Counted from the first letter of the stretch, positions 36,652 through 49,600 are shown. The stretch is DNA of 64,000 bases from Schizochytrium sp. TIO01 (GCA_004764695.1 SMSO01000033.1:1364001-1428000); one strand, 5' to 3'. Notes: generated by a model not told the origin, from the letters alone. Made by a program: numbers and translations.

Positions 36652-39231
36652 ATGGCACTAAATATGCGTGTGAACAAGCTGTTAGAGTCGTCAAACAATC
36701 GCATGGTTGACGCGCTGCACAACCAGCTACACGATGTAGAAGGCAAGCTGCAAGAATCTGATCAGTCGAAACATGAAATGGCTGTTACCATGCATGGATT
36801 GCAGGAGGACCTTCTTCGAATGCGAAACGCACTAGCGCGAGTTGAAGCCCGCAACACCGAATTGGAGAGAATTGCTGCAAATGCAACGAGCAACAAGAAT
36901 CAGATGGAGACGTCCCTGCAATATATCACAGAGAATAAAGAATCCCTTGAAACTCGGCTCCAGCAAGAAATAGCAAAGTGGGATCAAAAGCAAGAAGAGT
37001 TCAAGCTCTTGCAGCAAGTTTGCCGAGATCTGAAGAAGGCCCTAAAAGCAAGAGAACTTTCTGACGGAGCAGCTCAGCAACATACAAATTTTCTCGAACT
37101 CAAAGCAGAGCAAGAGAAGAGTCGACAGGAGCAACTCGCAAAGAGACTTCAAGAAGCAGAAAATGAGAACCGTTCGCTGGTTTCTAAATTGAGTGCTCAG
37201 GAGCACGAAACCAAACTTGCCCAAAATCATATCGACAAGATTGCGAATGAGCTCAAGATATTAAGCGCGTCAAAAGCTGTTGTCCAATCTCAATGGCAAG
37301 CTTCTCTGCAAGCAATGAGCAAGCGAGATGATATATTAAATGAATCTGAGCGCAAAAGGATCGATGCAGAGTCGAAACTAGCGAACGAGGTAAGGAATGC
37401 TGGAAGTTCGACTCAAGTAATTAACCAATTGCAGGCAAGAATACAAGAAATGGAAGTTCTTTTGGCCAAAAATGAGCAGCAACGAATGGAGCAAGCTAGT
37501 CAACTAGGAGCTCAAGCGAAGCAACTTGTAACATTAACTTCTCACGTTGAGCATGCCCGGAAAAGAAATGAAACAACAAGTGCAATTGTGGAAAAACAGC
37601 AAGCGGAGGCGGTTCAATCAGAAGCTCTTGCGCAAAGGAATCTTGAAGATAGAAAATCTTTACAATCAAAAATTCATCAACTTGAGGGAAAATTAGCAGC
37701 GTCCGAAAGTGAATGCCAGCATCTACGTGACAGTCGGAACTATATTGCTACGTCGTCAAAGCGAAAGGAAGCGAAACAGGAGACCGAAAGCTCAAGAGTT
37801 TCTTCAGGGCTTCAAAACAAGCTTAACCGTAAACAAATGGAGATGGCAGATCTTGAAGAGCAACTGAAACAGACCGTTCGTGATTTGGAATCGAGAACAC
37901 AAAGCCAAAACCAGAGTGAAGCCAAACTAAATGATTTGATACAAACAAATCGAGACCTTAATGCAGAGAACTTGCGTCTTCAGCATCGCCTCAACAAAAT
38001 GATTGATGACCATGATAGCCTGTCGATGAAGTCTTGTAAAAATCAATCAGAAAACTCTGATGATTCTCCTAGAGTTGAAAAAGATAATAATTCAACTTGG
38101 TTGACTCCAGATCAGCTTCGCGTAAAGAACTTGCAAGACAAACTACGGCGAGCTCAAAACACCATCGCGCATCAGAATGAAGAAATCATTGTTCTGCGTA
38201 AGGAATGGTGCCAGGCAGCAGACCAAGCTCTTCAAGCACAACAAAAGAATGACAAACTGAAAATCCCTTCTGAGAGACGTGACAGTGAATTGACATTACT
38301 TCGCCACAGCAACGCCAAGGGACGTGACGAGATAACCCAAATCTCTAAGCAACATCATGAGCTGGCAGTGCAACTCGATGTAGCCCGTATGCAGCGTCGT
38401 AAAAGCGATGCCAAGAGTGCTAAACTTCTTCAGCAACAAACCCAGATAGCTGCTGTAGCAACCTCAGCCAAATTCCGACATGATGCGTTGAAAGCAGATA
38501 TGGAAACCGAAGTTGATTCATTGAGAGCTTCTCTCGTAGCATCTCAAAAATCTAATCGCAATGTTTTACGCCAGCAGCTCGACGCTGAAACTCGGTTTAC
38601 TGTTCAATCTTACCGAAATCAATCCCTATCAATGACTCTGGGAGATACCAAATCAAAACTAGAGAGGCTAGAAGAGGAAGTTAAAACCCTTCAACGCAAG
38701 AACGTTCAGTTGATTCGAGAAAATCGTATCCTTAAAGAGGATATGCGGAAGTTGAGTTTAGTACATCAAAGCTCGGAACGTAAAAACCAAGTTCTGACTG
38801 AAAAATATGGTTTTCGATCGAAAGGCCATGAATCTGCGAGTGTGAGTGCTGATGATGCTGCACGAAAACTCCAATTAGAGCTTTGCCATGCAGAGTCAGA
38901 ACTAGCAGAGGGACAAACTACAATCACCAAACTTCAGAATCAAGTGGAAGCAGAGCGTGAACGTGCTCAACGTTTGGGACATGCTTATATGGAGCGGGAG
39001 GCTCTTGCTCAACATCTAGCGACAGAACTTGACGACAAAATTTCGAAAATTGCTGAGCTCCAAGGTGCTCGCCAACGCGCTATCGCTATTGCGTCTTGCC
39101 TTGAGACACAGCTTACGCATCACACTAAATTTATTGACTACGAACCTTCTCAAGGGTTACAGCCGTCGCTGCAATTGCAGTCTAGCTTAGAAAAGACTTT
39201 TCAGCCCCAAAAACCTGCACATGCTAAATAG
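36652..39231 (+). CDS. 859-aa coiled-coil protein, CCDC40/FAP172-like (axonemal ruler)
   Basis: Continuous coiled coil. HEMAVTMHGLQEDL and QWQASLQAMSKRDD resemble the CCDC40 blocks E.GV.LYG.QQ.L and QW.SSL.GM.RRD. The ORF is secure; the family assignment is tentative. Confidence 0.75.
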   Translation: MALNMRVNKLLESSNNRMVDALHNQLHDVEGKLQESDQSKHEMAVTMHGLQEDLLRMRNALARVEARNTELERIAANATSNKNQMETSLQYITENKESLETRLQQEIAKWDQKQEEFKLLQQVCRDLKKALKARELSDGAAQQHTNFLELKAEQEKSRQEQLAKRLQEAENENRSLVSKLSAQEHETKLAQNHIDKIANELKILSASKAVVQSQWQASLQAMSKRDDILNESERKRIDAESKLANEVRNAGSSTQVINQLQARIQEMEVLLAKNEQQRMEQASQLGAQAKQLVTLTSHVEHARKRNETTSAIVEKQQAEAVQSEALAQRNLEDRKSLQSKIHQLEGKLAASESECQHLRDSRNYIATSSKRKEAKQETESSRVSSGLQNKLNRKQMEMADLEEQLKQTVRDLESRTQSQNQSEAKLNDLIQTNRDLNAENLRLQHRLNKMIDDHDSLSMKSCKNQSENSDDSPRVEKDNNSTWLTPDQLRVKNLQDKLRRAQNTIAHQNEEIIVLRKEWCQAADQALQAQQKNDKLKIPSERRDSELTLLRHSNAKGRDEITQISKQHHELAVQLDVARMQRRKSDAKSAKLLQQQTQIAAVATSAKFRHDALKADMETEVDSLRASLVASQKSNRNVLRQQLDAETRFTVQSYRNQSLSMTLGDTKSKLERLEEEVKTLQRKNVQLIRENRILKEDMRKLSLVHQSSERKNQVLTEKYGFRSKGHESASVSADDAARKLQLELCHAESELAEGQTTITKLQNQVEAERERAQRLGHAYMEREALAQHLATELDDKISKIAELQGARQRAIAIASCLETQLTHHTKFIDYEPSQGLQPSLQLQSSLEKTFQPQKPAHAK

Positions 39232-39378
39232 TATCTTCTGGGATTCTGCAAAAGTATGTTTCTTATTCGCCTTTACTCATTATAACAATTTATTGCATTG
39301 GTTTTGATCATATGGTACAGACAATCATTTTATTATTTATACATTTGACAGTAAATTTGAACCACATTTGAGTAGACT

Positions 39379-41745
39379 TTATTTTTGTACACGGTTCCCT
39401 CGAAAAAGTCGAGACGCACCAGATTGAAGACGTTGCAAACGGCGTGATAAAGCTTGTTCACCTGGTAATACACCTAGTTGAAAACGTCGAAGAGAACTCG
39501 ACCTTCCAGATCCGTTGTGAAGTGGAGTTCGAGGAGACGCACTATGGGGAGAAGATGACATTGCTAGTATGCTTTCATCGCCACTCTCTCCACCAAAGCC
39601 GGCCAAGGTATCAATTTGAATCCAGTCATCATCACTCTCATATTCTGCAGGGAGATGGGAGTGGGTATTTGAGGAGGTAAAGGGGGATTCTGATGCAGAC
39701 GCATCTATGCTGGTGTTTGTATTGTGTGAATCAAGCTCTTGCTGCTGCGCTAGAGCCTTTTCTAAATTTGCCCGCGCAATCTCATAGTCAAGTTTCACAT
39801 GTCTTGCTGAATGCACAAGTTGAAGGACTTGATCATCTGCAAGTGTAGGTAGGCGCTTTACAGCTTGGAGCGCTACAACACAGTCATCTGCTTCGATCAG
39901 AGCGTTCCGCACAATGCCCGGGTCTGTAAGAATAGCAATGCACAAAACATCAATCAAAGAAAAATCTTCGGGTGTCAAGGCAAACACAGCATCCCAAACA
40001 AGTAATAGCTGGGGAAGTGGTATATCTCGCGCAAGAATTAGGCGGATCCAGCGAAGAAGGAAGAAAGATGGCTCTACTCCAAGAACGTGCAATTGTGCCG
40101 CAAGCTCCGGATCCGTGCGCTGGAGAAGAACATGCTGGATGTGCTCAAGCTTTGCTGGTAGAGATGTAACGAGAGAAACGTTGGAATTCGAGTTCTCTGT
40201 TAGTTTAAAAAAGGGTTGAAGACGCTTCATGAGTGCATCGAGCAATAAATAAGCGTCATGCTCGATTGAGTCTGGATTGAGAAGCGTCAACAAGAGGCGC
40301 AGCTGAGTGGACGCTGGCTTTGGAACGCGTGCATCAGCAAGCCCTCCCGCTGCAGCAGCGTACTCGGATTGCAATGTTACAAAAACAACTGCGAGTAACT
40401 CATTCATGCCTTGTCGGTATCCAATATGCGGGTTTGCTTTGGCCCAGACGAGAAGTAGCCTTAACATAGTCTCGCGAACAGCGTTTTCGGGAGGGCCTGA
40501 AAAGCAATCATGAACGACTTTAGTCCTTGTAATATCTTTCCAGATTTCACGGCTTGTTAGTTCATGCCGAGCAAGCTCAAAATGCAATTGACATAATGCA
40601 GACCCAATATAATCTGGAGTAAGGCTATCTTGCACAAGTAGTTCAAGCTGTTGGAAGACCATGCCCCGGGTCATAATATGTCGGCTAGCTAGAACGTCAA
40701 CTGACCGTCGCTGTCGTGCCAAGGAAGACGCCCATTCATTTGGATCTTGTGGAAGTATACCAAGGAATATTCGCCATGCAACCGTGCGGAGACTGTTCGT
40801 AGCTAGGGCTCCAGCACTTGCCTTTTTAGCAAGTCTGGAATTGACAAGGTCCTTAACGTTTTCAATATCTTCAAGTATTTCTTGAAGGTCTGTCTGAAGA
40901 ACATCGCTGGTGCACCGTGATTTCTGGGTTTGAGTGTCGCGCATAGCAGCCGACACGATCTTCGTGTGGTCAGTAGAGAATTCGCAAGATAGTTCTGGAA
41001 CACTACGCGATGCTCGCAGCGGTGGTTTCGAAATAGTTTTGGACGGCTTCGCAAAGTTCCGTTCCTCTTCTCGACCTTCACCTGATGTCGATCCAGATGA
41101 AGATGTTGTGGACGAGGACCTTGTGTTTACCACATTATCTAATGACGCCGCAGCACTCCGTACGCGGGCAACAGTCTCCATATGTGGCTTGAGGCGGCCT
41201 GCCAAAACATCTGTAATACAAACGATCCATGATGAGGTGTCCTCCATCGAAGCTAGTCTCAAAACCCACGAGTTCTGAAATGCACTTACGCTACGCCCCG
41301 AGCTCACAATGAGCACACAGCTCCCAATATCAGGAAAGACGTTGCAGACGTCAATACATTCGAGGGGCCTATCATCGTCAGGATCTGCAAATCTGAAGAG
41401 GCACACGAGGCTTCTTTCATTTCCCGCTCCCGGCCGAGGCCTAGCCACGGCGAGTACAAGGAAAGCAGAGTTTGAGGTTGTGATTTCCGTGGGCGCAAAG
41501 AGTCCGGAATGTCTGTGTGATGTTTGCGGAGACTTGGATGCAGCAATCTGGTCTCGGTTTTGTTTTGCTGTATTAGTTGCATTCAAGGAGCTCGACAGAA
41601 CGGACGCTGCACTTGGAGGCGGGTCGTCGCACTCAAGAAAGGCCTCACACCGCGCGGGACCAGAGTGCAGCACAGACCCGAAGAGAAGCTGCGTCACCAC
41701 CTCAGCTCGACGAGCTCCCAGGTTGGCGACATCTCGGCCGACCAT
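39379..41745 (-). CDS. TBC-domain Rab GTPase-activating protein (TBC1D5-like) with N-terminal PH-like region
   Basis: LRTVAWRIFLGILP, IWKDITRT (arginine finger), YRQGMNELLA (glutamine finger), LRWIRLILAR and VWDAVF. The start is uncertain (ATG at 41745). Confidence 0.9.
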   Translation of the reverse strand: MVGRDVANLGARRAEVVTQLLFGSVLHSGPARCEAFLECDDPPPSAASVLSSSLNATNTAKQNRDQIAASKSPQTSHRHSGLFAPTEITTSNSAFLVLAVARPRPGAGNERSLVCLFRFADPDDDRPLECIDVCNVFPDIGSCVLIVSSGRSVSAFQNSWVLRLASMEDTSSWIVCITDVLAGRLKPHMETVARVRSAAASLDNVVNTRSSSTTSSSGSTSGEGREEERNFAKPSKTISKPPLRASRSVPELSCEFSTDHTKIVSAAMRDTQTQKSRCTSDVLQTDLQEILEDIENVKDLVNSRLAKKASAGALATNSLRTVAWRIFLGILPQDPNEWASSLARQRRSVDVLASRHIMTRGMVFQQLELLVQDSLTPDYIGSALCQLHFELARHELTSREIWKDITRTKVVHDCFSGPPENAVRETMLRLLLVWAKANPHIGYRQGMNELLAVVFVTLQSEYAAAAGGLADARVPKPASTQLRLLLTLLNPDSIEHDAYLLLDALMKRLQPFFKLTENSNSNVSLVTSLPAKLEHIQHVLLQRTDPELAAQLHVLGVEPSFFLLRWIRLILARDIPLPQLLLVWDAVFALTPEDFSLIDVLCIAILTDPGIVRNALIEADDCVVALQAVKRLPTLADDQVLQLVHSARHVKLDYEIARANLEKALAQQQELDSHNTNTSIDASASESPFTSSNTHSHLPAEYESDDDWIQIDTLAGFGGESGDESILAMSSSPHSASPRTPLHNGSGRSSSLRRFQLGVLPGEQALSRRLQRLQSGASRLFRGNRVQK

Positions 41746-42808
41746 CACGTGTGCGGGAAAGGGCGGCGAGCGCTGACGCTTGCTCGTTGTCCACGGTTCG
41801 AGCTTGATTGTTGTTTTGTTGTTTTGTTCTGAGTCGGAAAAACAACCTTTTTCTTATTTGTTGCATTTAATAAGACTTTCTATGAGTTCATTTCTTTTGC
41901 TTTTAGATCAACATTTTGCAATATTTATGCATTCGTTCATTGGGTTTGATTCGGTTGTTGCCTTTGTCTGGCATAGCGCGATAGATTTCTCTCTCTTTGG
42001 TTACTTTGCAGACTCTGTGGCAAGATACCTTAGCTTGGAATGTTAGAAGAGAGAGGAAGCGAATTGACATGTGTCAGTCTGTTAAATGCTACCTACGTTT
42101 TTAATGAGGTACTGTGTGATATAGTCGGACGGCATTGAACGAGAGATAATCAACTGTGTACGCTCATAAGCGCCACTTGGTCAAAAGCGCATGTGGGCCC
42201 CAAAACTGGTACACAAACAAGATACCAAAGTAGTAGTAGTAGGAAAATGCAGTATTGGAAGTTCGAAATTAAAGTGTTATTTAGAAATAATACAACAGGA
42301 AGTCATACTAAGATTTGAGAACAGCTTTGCTGAAGAGAACTTCCACCCATGACTATCTGGACTGGAATTGGGCCATAAAAAATACTATGAAGTGATTTTT
42401 AGTCGAGAGCTCTCTCAATTTTTCTGACAAATCACCTTGTAGAAGAGATTATGATAAAAGAGAAACTAACGTAGCAACTTAAAGTCTTTGAATAAATTGT
42501 TGAGTACTGAGAGACCCAAAATATAAAATTATAGTGAAATTTATGATGTAAACAAATGATAGATGATACTCTGTCCGCAACATGAAACAGAGAAACTCAG
42601 TTTCGCATATCCAACAATGTGAAAATGGCAAAGATTGACAACCAAGATGTCTATCCTATCTGGGGGTGTTTGTTTTGGACCTTGGATACCAATATTTACA
42701 GTAACCCAACTTCCTAGGAAGTGCTCACAGTGTAGTTACCATGCTCTCTTGTATGTTATGATATTGAGTACAAGAAGTTCAACGTCGAATATCTAGAATG
42801 AGACAAAT

Positions 42809-44843
42809 TCAAAACCAACTGGAGGATGGTTTTTGCGATTTGTAAGATTTTATGACATCGGCTGGAACACTCCCCCCCGGTTTGATGAACTTAGAGCAGT
42901 ATGGATCACCTTCGATGACCAGGTCTCCACCGAGGTATTTCGGTAATTGAGAAGGTTCAATTAGTTCCAAAAGAAGTTTTGTTGGGGTATCCCTGAAAAT
43001 TTGGATTTTTCTCGCGAGTATCATCATCAACCACATTTTTCACAACCCCCCACAAATTTGCGAAGATCGAACCAGCATTGATGATTAGCATTCGTTTTAA
43101 ACGCTCACAGTAATATTTTGAGTCCATGGCAATGCAGTTCTTAATGATTCGCATGCCTTGACGGTTGCAGTGGCGTAGTCCCAAACCTTGCATGTCGAGA
43201 ATGACCAAAATCTGATGTTGAGGTTGGCCTGACATTTGCTCCGCATCTGCAAGAAGTCGGGTATGAACTTCTTGTTTCCAAATATGGAACTCCTCAATAT
43301 CAGTTGGTGACACACATGCAAGAATGCTTGGCAAATCAAGCTGACCAAGGCGATCATACATCACAGGAGCGCCAGAGCGGTCATTACCGCACCAACTACC
43401 AGTCATATACCTGGAGGTAATCGGATGAGGGGCTCCTTGAAGCTTTTCATAAATAAGGTCTGGGCGTCGATCCTGGCGCCATTGTAATGCTCCTCGAAAT
43501 CCAGTCTCAGCACTTTGAACGTCATGTTTAAATGCGCGAAGGAAGCGAAGTAACGAAACATCGCTGAGATCAACAGGTCGTGATAAAGAGGACCCATCAA
43601 TATCCGAGAGTGATCGTCGAAGCTCCTCAACACCTTCTGTCTCGGAAGAGCTTTTGAAAAGGCTTCTGTAAAAGCTTTGTCTCCGCTGAAGACGAGACTC
43701 TGCCTTTACAGTATTGGTTGGTGATTCATGAGATTCCTCCTCAACAGTAATACTTGGGCCTACAAATGATAGCATTGATGGCGACGATGATGATGAAGAC
43801 GAAGAAGATCGTAATAATGAAGTGTGCCGACGTTGCTGGGTTGGTTCATTGCCTTCTTCATCTGAACCCCCGGGGGAAGAAGATTGAGTTTTATCTTTGC
43901 CAAGCCACCGTAGACGACGTGAGGAACCCTGGCTGTGCATCATGCGTTGACGGGTGCGTGAAAACTTCTTCGCATAAGGAATCGCAAATCTCATTCGCCG
44001 TTCCCTCCTTGATGCATTAACAAGGTCCACTAACGATGATTGCGCCTCCTCCTCCTCCTCGTCGTCGTCGGCGTCTGAATACTCCTCACTCTGTAAAGCA
44101 GGGCTCTGCGCTCCCTGTATGTCACTCTTTCCGGAGCCATAGAGATTTTGACTCATGTTCCTGCTGGCAGCTTTCGGTCGACCTCTACTGAAACGAGACA
44201 TCGTAATCTGCTGGCTGCTTTTCTCCGCAATCTTGGTGCTAGGGCTTAGGTCTCGGTCAGAACCCGCCTCAGATTTGCTTTCATAAACATCCGTAGAATT
44301 GTTGTTGTTGTTGTTGTTGTTGTTATTGTTGCTATCACTGTTATGAAGATGCATAGGCTTGCTCACGCTCCTCAGTTCGGAACTGCGTCTGCGATGGTGA
44401 GCGGACTTTTTCGCTTTGCGGCTTCTACTTAAAGTTTGACTTTCCTTCAATTCCGTCTTCTCACTCTGTAAAAGCTCATCAATTGTTTGCGCTTGCGCAT
44501 GTAGGAACCACATTGCGAAACACCCTAAAATGCACATTGACAAAAACGAAGTAGTAGCATTCTGCACAATCAGCAGCGCCGCAACCAGCAACAGAATCCC
44601 GAGGCATGAGCTAATGGCACACGTCAGAGAAACGTGTCTGTGCACAAGCTTGCTCTCTTTACTCTTTAATTCATCATGGAGCTCCAGCAGCTCTAAAAGA
44701 CTCTCCTCCAGCTGCGAGACAGCCTCATGTTCACAAGAATGGTCGCTTTCCACATCGACCATTCCCATGTTTCCCTGAAGGTCCTCCACAGGTGCTGTCT
44801 CAGTCGGCACAGAGATATTTCCCGACCCAGTTGCTCGTCTCAT
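42809..44843 (-). CDS. SEC14/CRAL-TRIO lipid-binding protein with two N-terminal transmembrane segments; ~677 aa after removing one extra base at 43006-43010
   Basis: LLRFLRAFKHD, GNDRSGAPV, VILDMQGLG, YYCERLKRMLIINA; the +1 frame supplies TREKIQIF..LLELIEPSQLPKYLGG. Confidence 0.92.
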
Positions 44844-46601
44844 CTTGACGTCGTATTCTGGGTTCGTGAGTCACGCTGTCACGTCGCACGAACAGAGTCG
44901 ATGAGAGACCACGTTCGCTAACTCAAGATTCAACAAAACAATGTCCATCAACAGCTTATTCACTTTACCAGCCCCTCTCAGAGAGGGGCTGCACCACCTA
45001 AGCCCGAGGAGGAGCGGCTCGACAGTTTGGAGGCTTTAAAGCCTCGCCAACTTTTAGCTCAGCCTACTATTCGGGTTTCAAGTTTGGGTGCTCCGGTTGT
45101 TGTTATGCTATGTTTTTGTTGTTGTTTCTAATGTTTTTAAAGTTTCTCTTGCGCAATTCGTTCGACTAATGCGCGTGCAATTCAAGTAATGCCTTCCGTG
45201 AAAGTCAGCCGAATGAATCAAAGCAGTGTTAACCTTCACCTTCAAGCTCAACCTGAGTAGGTACGAATCTTGCTGCCGAATAACCAAGCTGATCTTTGGT
45301 GCGCTTCAGGTTACCTTGTCTCGGTTTTGCTGGTTGATGATTAATTTGTGAACTATGAATACGAAAAATGCCACGACGATTTATGGAACTCTGATACCTT
45401 CAAGCGAGCAGAACCTGAGTTAGTGAACACCCTCCCGGTCGAGTCAACTAGGCCTCTTCAGGACCGCTTCCAGTTCTACCTGGTAGAAAATACTATTAGG
45501 TACGTACTTTCGCAACTTGGAGCAGCACTATTTACGCGGCTCTGGCTGATCAATCAATATACTTCAAACCAAGTTGTGCAACCAGCAGCGAAGTTTCCAC
45601 AGGGAAGCCCGCGCCGAAAACGTTGCCTCAAAGTGCTTTGATCCCAACCCTTCTGCGTGGGGAGAGTTCTCCTCGCCAGAACACGCCAAGTCCAACGGGT
45701 GAGTGTAGCTTGAATTGCACTCCGCTTCGAAATTTAATTTTAATCAACTTCAAGTTCGCAGCCCGAGTGCTCAGAATTAGTTGTGTAAACTAAATCGTTT
45801 GTCACTGTAGCAAACACTAAGTAGGTATGTTGGTAGTACTTACCTACTCCCCTAGCATCTACCAGTAGTAGTAGGTAGTACCTACTACGCAAGTGCGCAT
45901 GTACCTACAATCATCCTAGCATGGAAATTGTGTAGAGAGCCTTCAAAGCTTGTCGTTTTCATTTCTTTCATGCTTCTTCTTCACCCTCCAAGTACTACTA
46001 GGCACAAGCTTGGCTATCTGGCAGCAATTTTTATCTCTACCCAGGCTGAGCTTGAAGGTAAAGGATGACATCACTTTTACTCGGCTGTTTGTGTCAGTAC
46101 AGTGGGTAACAACTACCTACCTACTTAGGTACTTAGAGCTAGCTCCATAAATGACAAACTTTTAGCAAGTTCTAACTTGAGTTTGTAGAACTTGAGACCT
46201 CTAGCCATCAGGTAGAAAATGTATACCAAGGTGCGGATACACCCTTTAAATTCACACTAGAGAACCCCAGGGTGAATGCTCCAGAGTGACGATGATGCAT
46301 GAACAGCGCGGCGTCTGCCACCGCCCACCCTCCGCGACGCACACCCGTGTACTCGAGGATATGGGTGTGTACTTTAAGGGGTGCTCGGAGGGAACCCGAA
46401 TAAGTGGTGTTTAAAGTGGCCCAATGCTAGGATGAGGATCTTCGGTGTCATCGATGAGATCATCGTGTTGTCCTTATTATCATTGCTATAGAAGCAAATA
46501 AAGAAGAAGCAGCTGTCAAGCGCGAAACGGGATAGGATCGAGGCTGCTGGAGAGAGCTCTGGCGGCGACGAAGGGCTTGGCGGCCCTATATCTAGGCCAA
46601 A

Positions 46602-49600
46602 ATGTCGGGATCTCATCTGTCCAAGGACTTTTTTGATCTTGTGAAAGCCATCGGCGAATCGAAGAGCAAGCAGGAGGAGGACCGCATTATTGTCAATGAA
46701 GTCCGTACGCTCAAGACGCGGTTTGCAGGCAAGAGCCTTAGCAAAAAAGTGATCAAGGAGAGCCTTGTGCGTATGATCTATGTAGAAATGCTTGGCCATG
46801 ATGCATCTTTCGCATACGTACATGCCATTCAGCTGACAGCATCTGGAGACTTGATGCAGAAGAAGGTGGGCTACCTGACAGCTTCGCTCACGCTTAGCCC
46901 TGAGGACCAATTCAGGTTCATGCTTGTAAACCAACTTCAACGTGATCTTGCTTCTGCGAACATTCTGGAGGTGTCCACAGCGCTCATTGCGCTCTCAAAG
47001 CTCATTACTGGCGAGATGATTCCTGCACTCCTGCCATCTGTGAGCAAACTGCTTTCTCACGAGAACAGTGCTGTACGCAAAAAGGCAATCCTATCTCTGC
47101 ACCGCATTTACCAGCTCGACTCAGATGCTGTGAGTCATCTCAATGAAAATTTTCGCCGTGTCCTCTGCGACAAAGACCCATCTGTGATGGGAGCTTCCCT
47201 CTGCATCCTACACGACATTATCAAAAATGATCCCCCTGGTCAGAAGGACCTCGTGCCTTCCTTCGTCTCTATTCTCAAGCAGATCATTGAGCATAGATTG
47301 CCGAAAGACTTTGACTATCATCGAATCCCAGCTCCCTGGATTCAGATTAAGCTTCTCAAACTTTTGGCCACGCTCGGAGCTAATGACCAGAGAGCAAGTG
47401 AGCAAATGTACGAAGTTATTGGAGATTGTATGAAACGTGCTAACACTGGAATTTACGTGGGTTATGCAATCATTTACGAATGTGTGCGTACAGTGACCAC
47501 CATCTACCCGAATGCTCCTCTGCTCGATGCTGCAGCCGGCGCTATTGCTCGCTTTATTCAAAGTGATAGTCACAACCTCAAGTACCTTGGCGTCACTGGT
47601 CTCGCATCCATTGTTCGCGACCACCCGCGCTATGCAGCCGAGCACCAGATGGTTGTACTCGACTGTCTTGAAGACCCTGATGAGACTCTCAAGCGCAAGA
47701 CTCTGGACCTGCTTTTCCGCATGACCAACCCTGTGAATGCCGAGGTTGTGGTTGATAAGCTCGTCTTTTTTCTTCGCACTGCCGTTGACAAGTTTCTTCG
47801 CCAGGACCTTGTCACGCGCATTTGCCAGCTTGCTGAACGCTACGCGCCTAACAACTTATGGTACATTCGTACAATTAGTAAGGTCTTCGAGCTTGGTGGC
47901 GATCTTGTTGAGGAGGAAATTGCACACAACCTTTTGAGACTTCTGGCCGAAGGAGCTGGAGAGGAAGGTGACGGGTATGAAAACGAAGAGAACCCAGATG
48001 AGGTTATGCGCCGCGAAGCCTGTATTATTTTCTATGACAACTTTGAGCGGTCAAAACTTCCTGATATTCTACTCAGAGTGATGTTTTGGACACTTGGCGA
48101 GTACAGCTATCTCATGGGTACTGAGATTCTGCCTGAGGTTCTCGAGGTCATCTGCGAGGCCGCTCGTCGCCAAGGCATGGCAGCAGACACACGCGGCTAC
48201 GCAGTTACGGCAGTCTTGAAAATATGCGCGCAGCTTGGCCGCTTGCCAAGTGACGCAGCTGACCTCATTGACCATTACGGTTCTTCTATTGACATTGATC
48301 TTCAACAAAAGTGCTACGAGTTCCGTGAGATTGCACGCAACCCTAACACCTTGACTGAGGTTCTCCCCGTTGATGCCTCCTGTGAGGACCTCAGCGACCC
48401 TGACTTTAGCTTTCTCGATGCCTACGTAGACGAAGAGAGAGCAAATGGTAAGTCTGACTATGCTCCGCCTTCTGTGGACGAGGCTGCTGCTCTCGAATAC
48501 GATGATGATGAACTTGCCGCACGGCCTAAAATCACCTCTGAGCCTTCATTGAAGTACGACGCATATGAAAAACCCACAGCTCCGACTCAGATAGCATCGA
48601 GTACCGGAAACTTTAGTCTCAGTTATGGTGCGCCATCTGGCAGTGGCAGCGACTCAAATGGAACAGGGGCATCAGCAAGTTCTATAACTCTGGGTAGCGG
48701 AGCAACATCGAATGGCCTGAACCTGCAGGGCGTCAAGAGTGTATGGGGTTCGTCTGGCTACGCGGGTGGCCCGAGTGCGACTCCACAGCCCACGTCCACA
48801 CCAGAACCCGAATCGCATATGCCAGCTCATGCCAATTCTATGGATTCTTATAGCCAAAGTCTGCAAAACCAGCAGTCTGAACCCTCACAGAGAGAACCTT
48901 CTCCGTCTCCAGCTCCAGCAGCTCCAGAGCCGCCAAAGCCTCGTCAAATCACTGAGCGTGAGCGCATGGCGGCTGCTCTATTTGGTGGTGTAAGTAGTGA
49001 TGCTGGTTTGAGCGGCGTTAGTGGATACTCTGCATCGGCCCCGCCTCCACGCACAGGACCAATGCGCAAACGTGCAAGTGCTGGAGTCGGCAATGCTGCT
49101 CCTGCTACTTCACCCCCTTCCTCCACTGACACGGGGATTGATCTTCTTGGGTTTGGTGATAGCTCAGACGACGTCGCTAGTGCTAATAACAGCCATTCTA
49201 CCAGTACTCAGGCACGAGACAACTCTATGGATCTCTTGTCGGCGTTTGACAGTGGCCCAAGTGGAGGGGGTAGTTCTGATTTTCTCGGCTCTTTCGGGGG
49301 TAACAGCACATCAGCTCCAGCACCGCCTCCATTCTCGCCTGTGCAACTTCAAACCCAAGATTTTGGACAACGCTGGGTTTCTAATCCTGCAGAGTCACGT
49401 TTTGCGGTCGTACTCCAAGGTATCTCAAGCATCCGCGATGTGGCATCTCGCATCACATCAAAACTTGGCTTGAATTGTATCGAGGTTATCGAGCAGACTC
49501 AAGAGGCAATTTTTGCAGGAACTGATTCCAATACTTATGATCTTGCCCTTGTCCACGCCAAGCGTGGGCCCACCGGTGCTGATCTTATCGTTCGCTCCAA

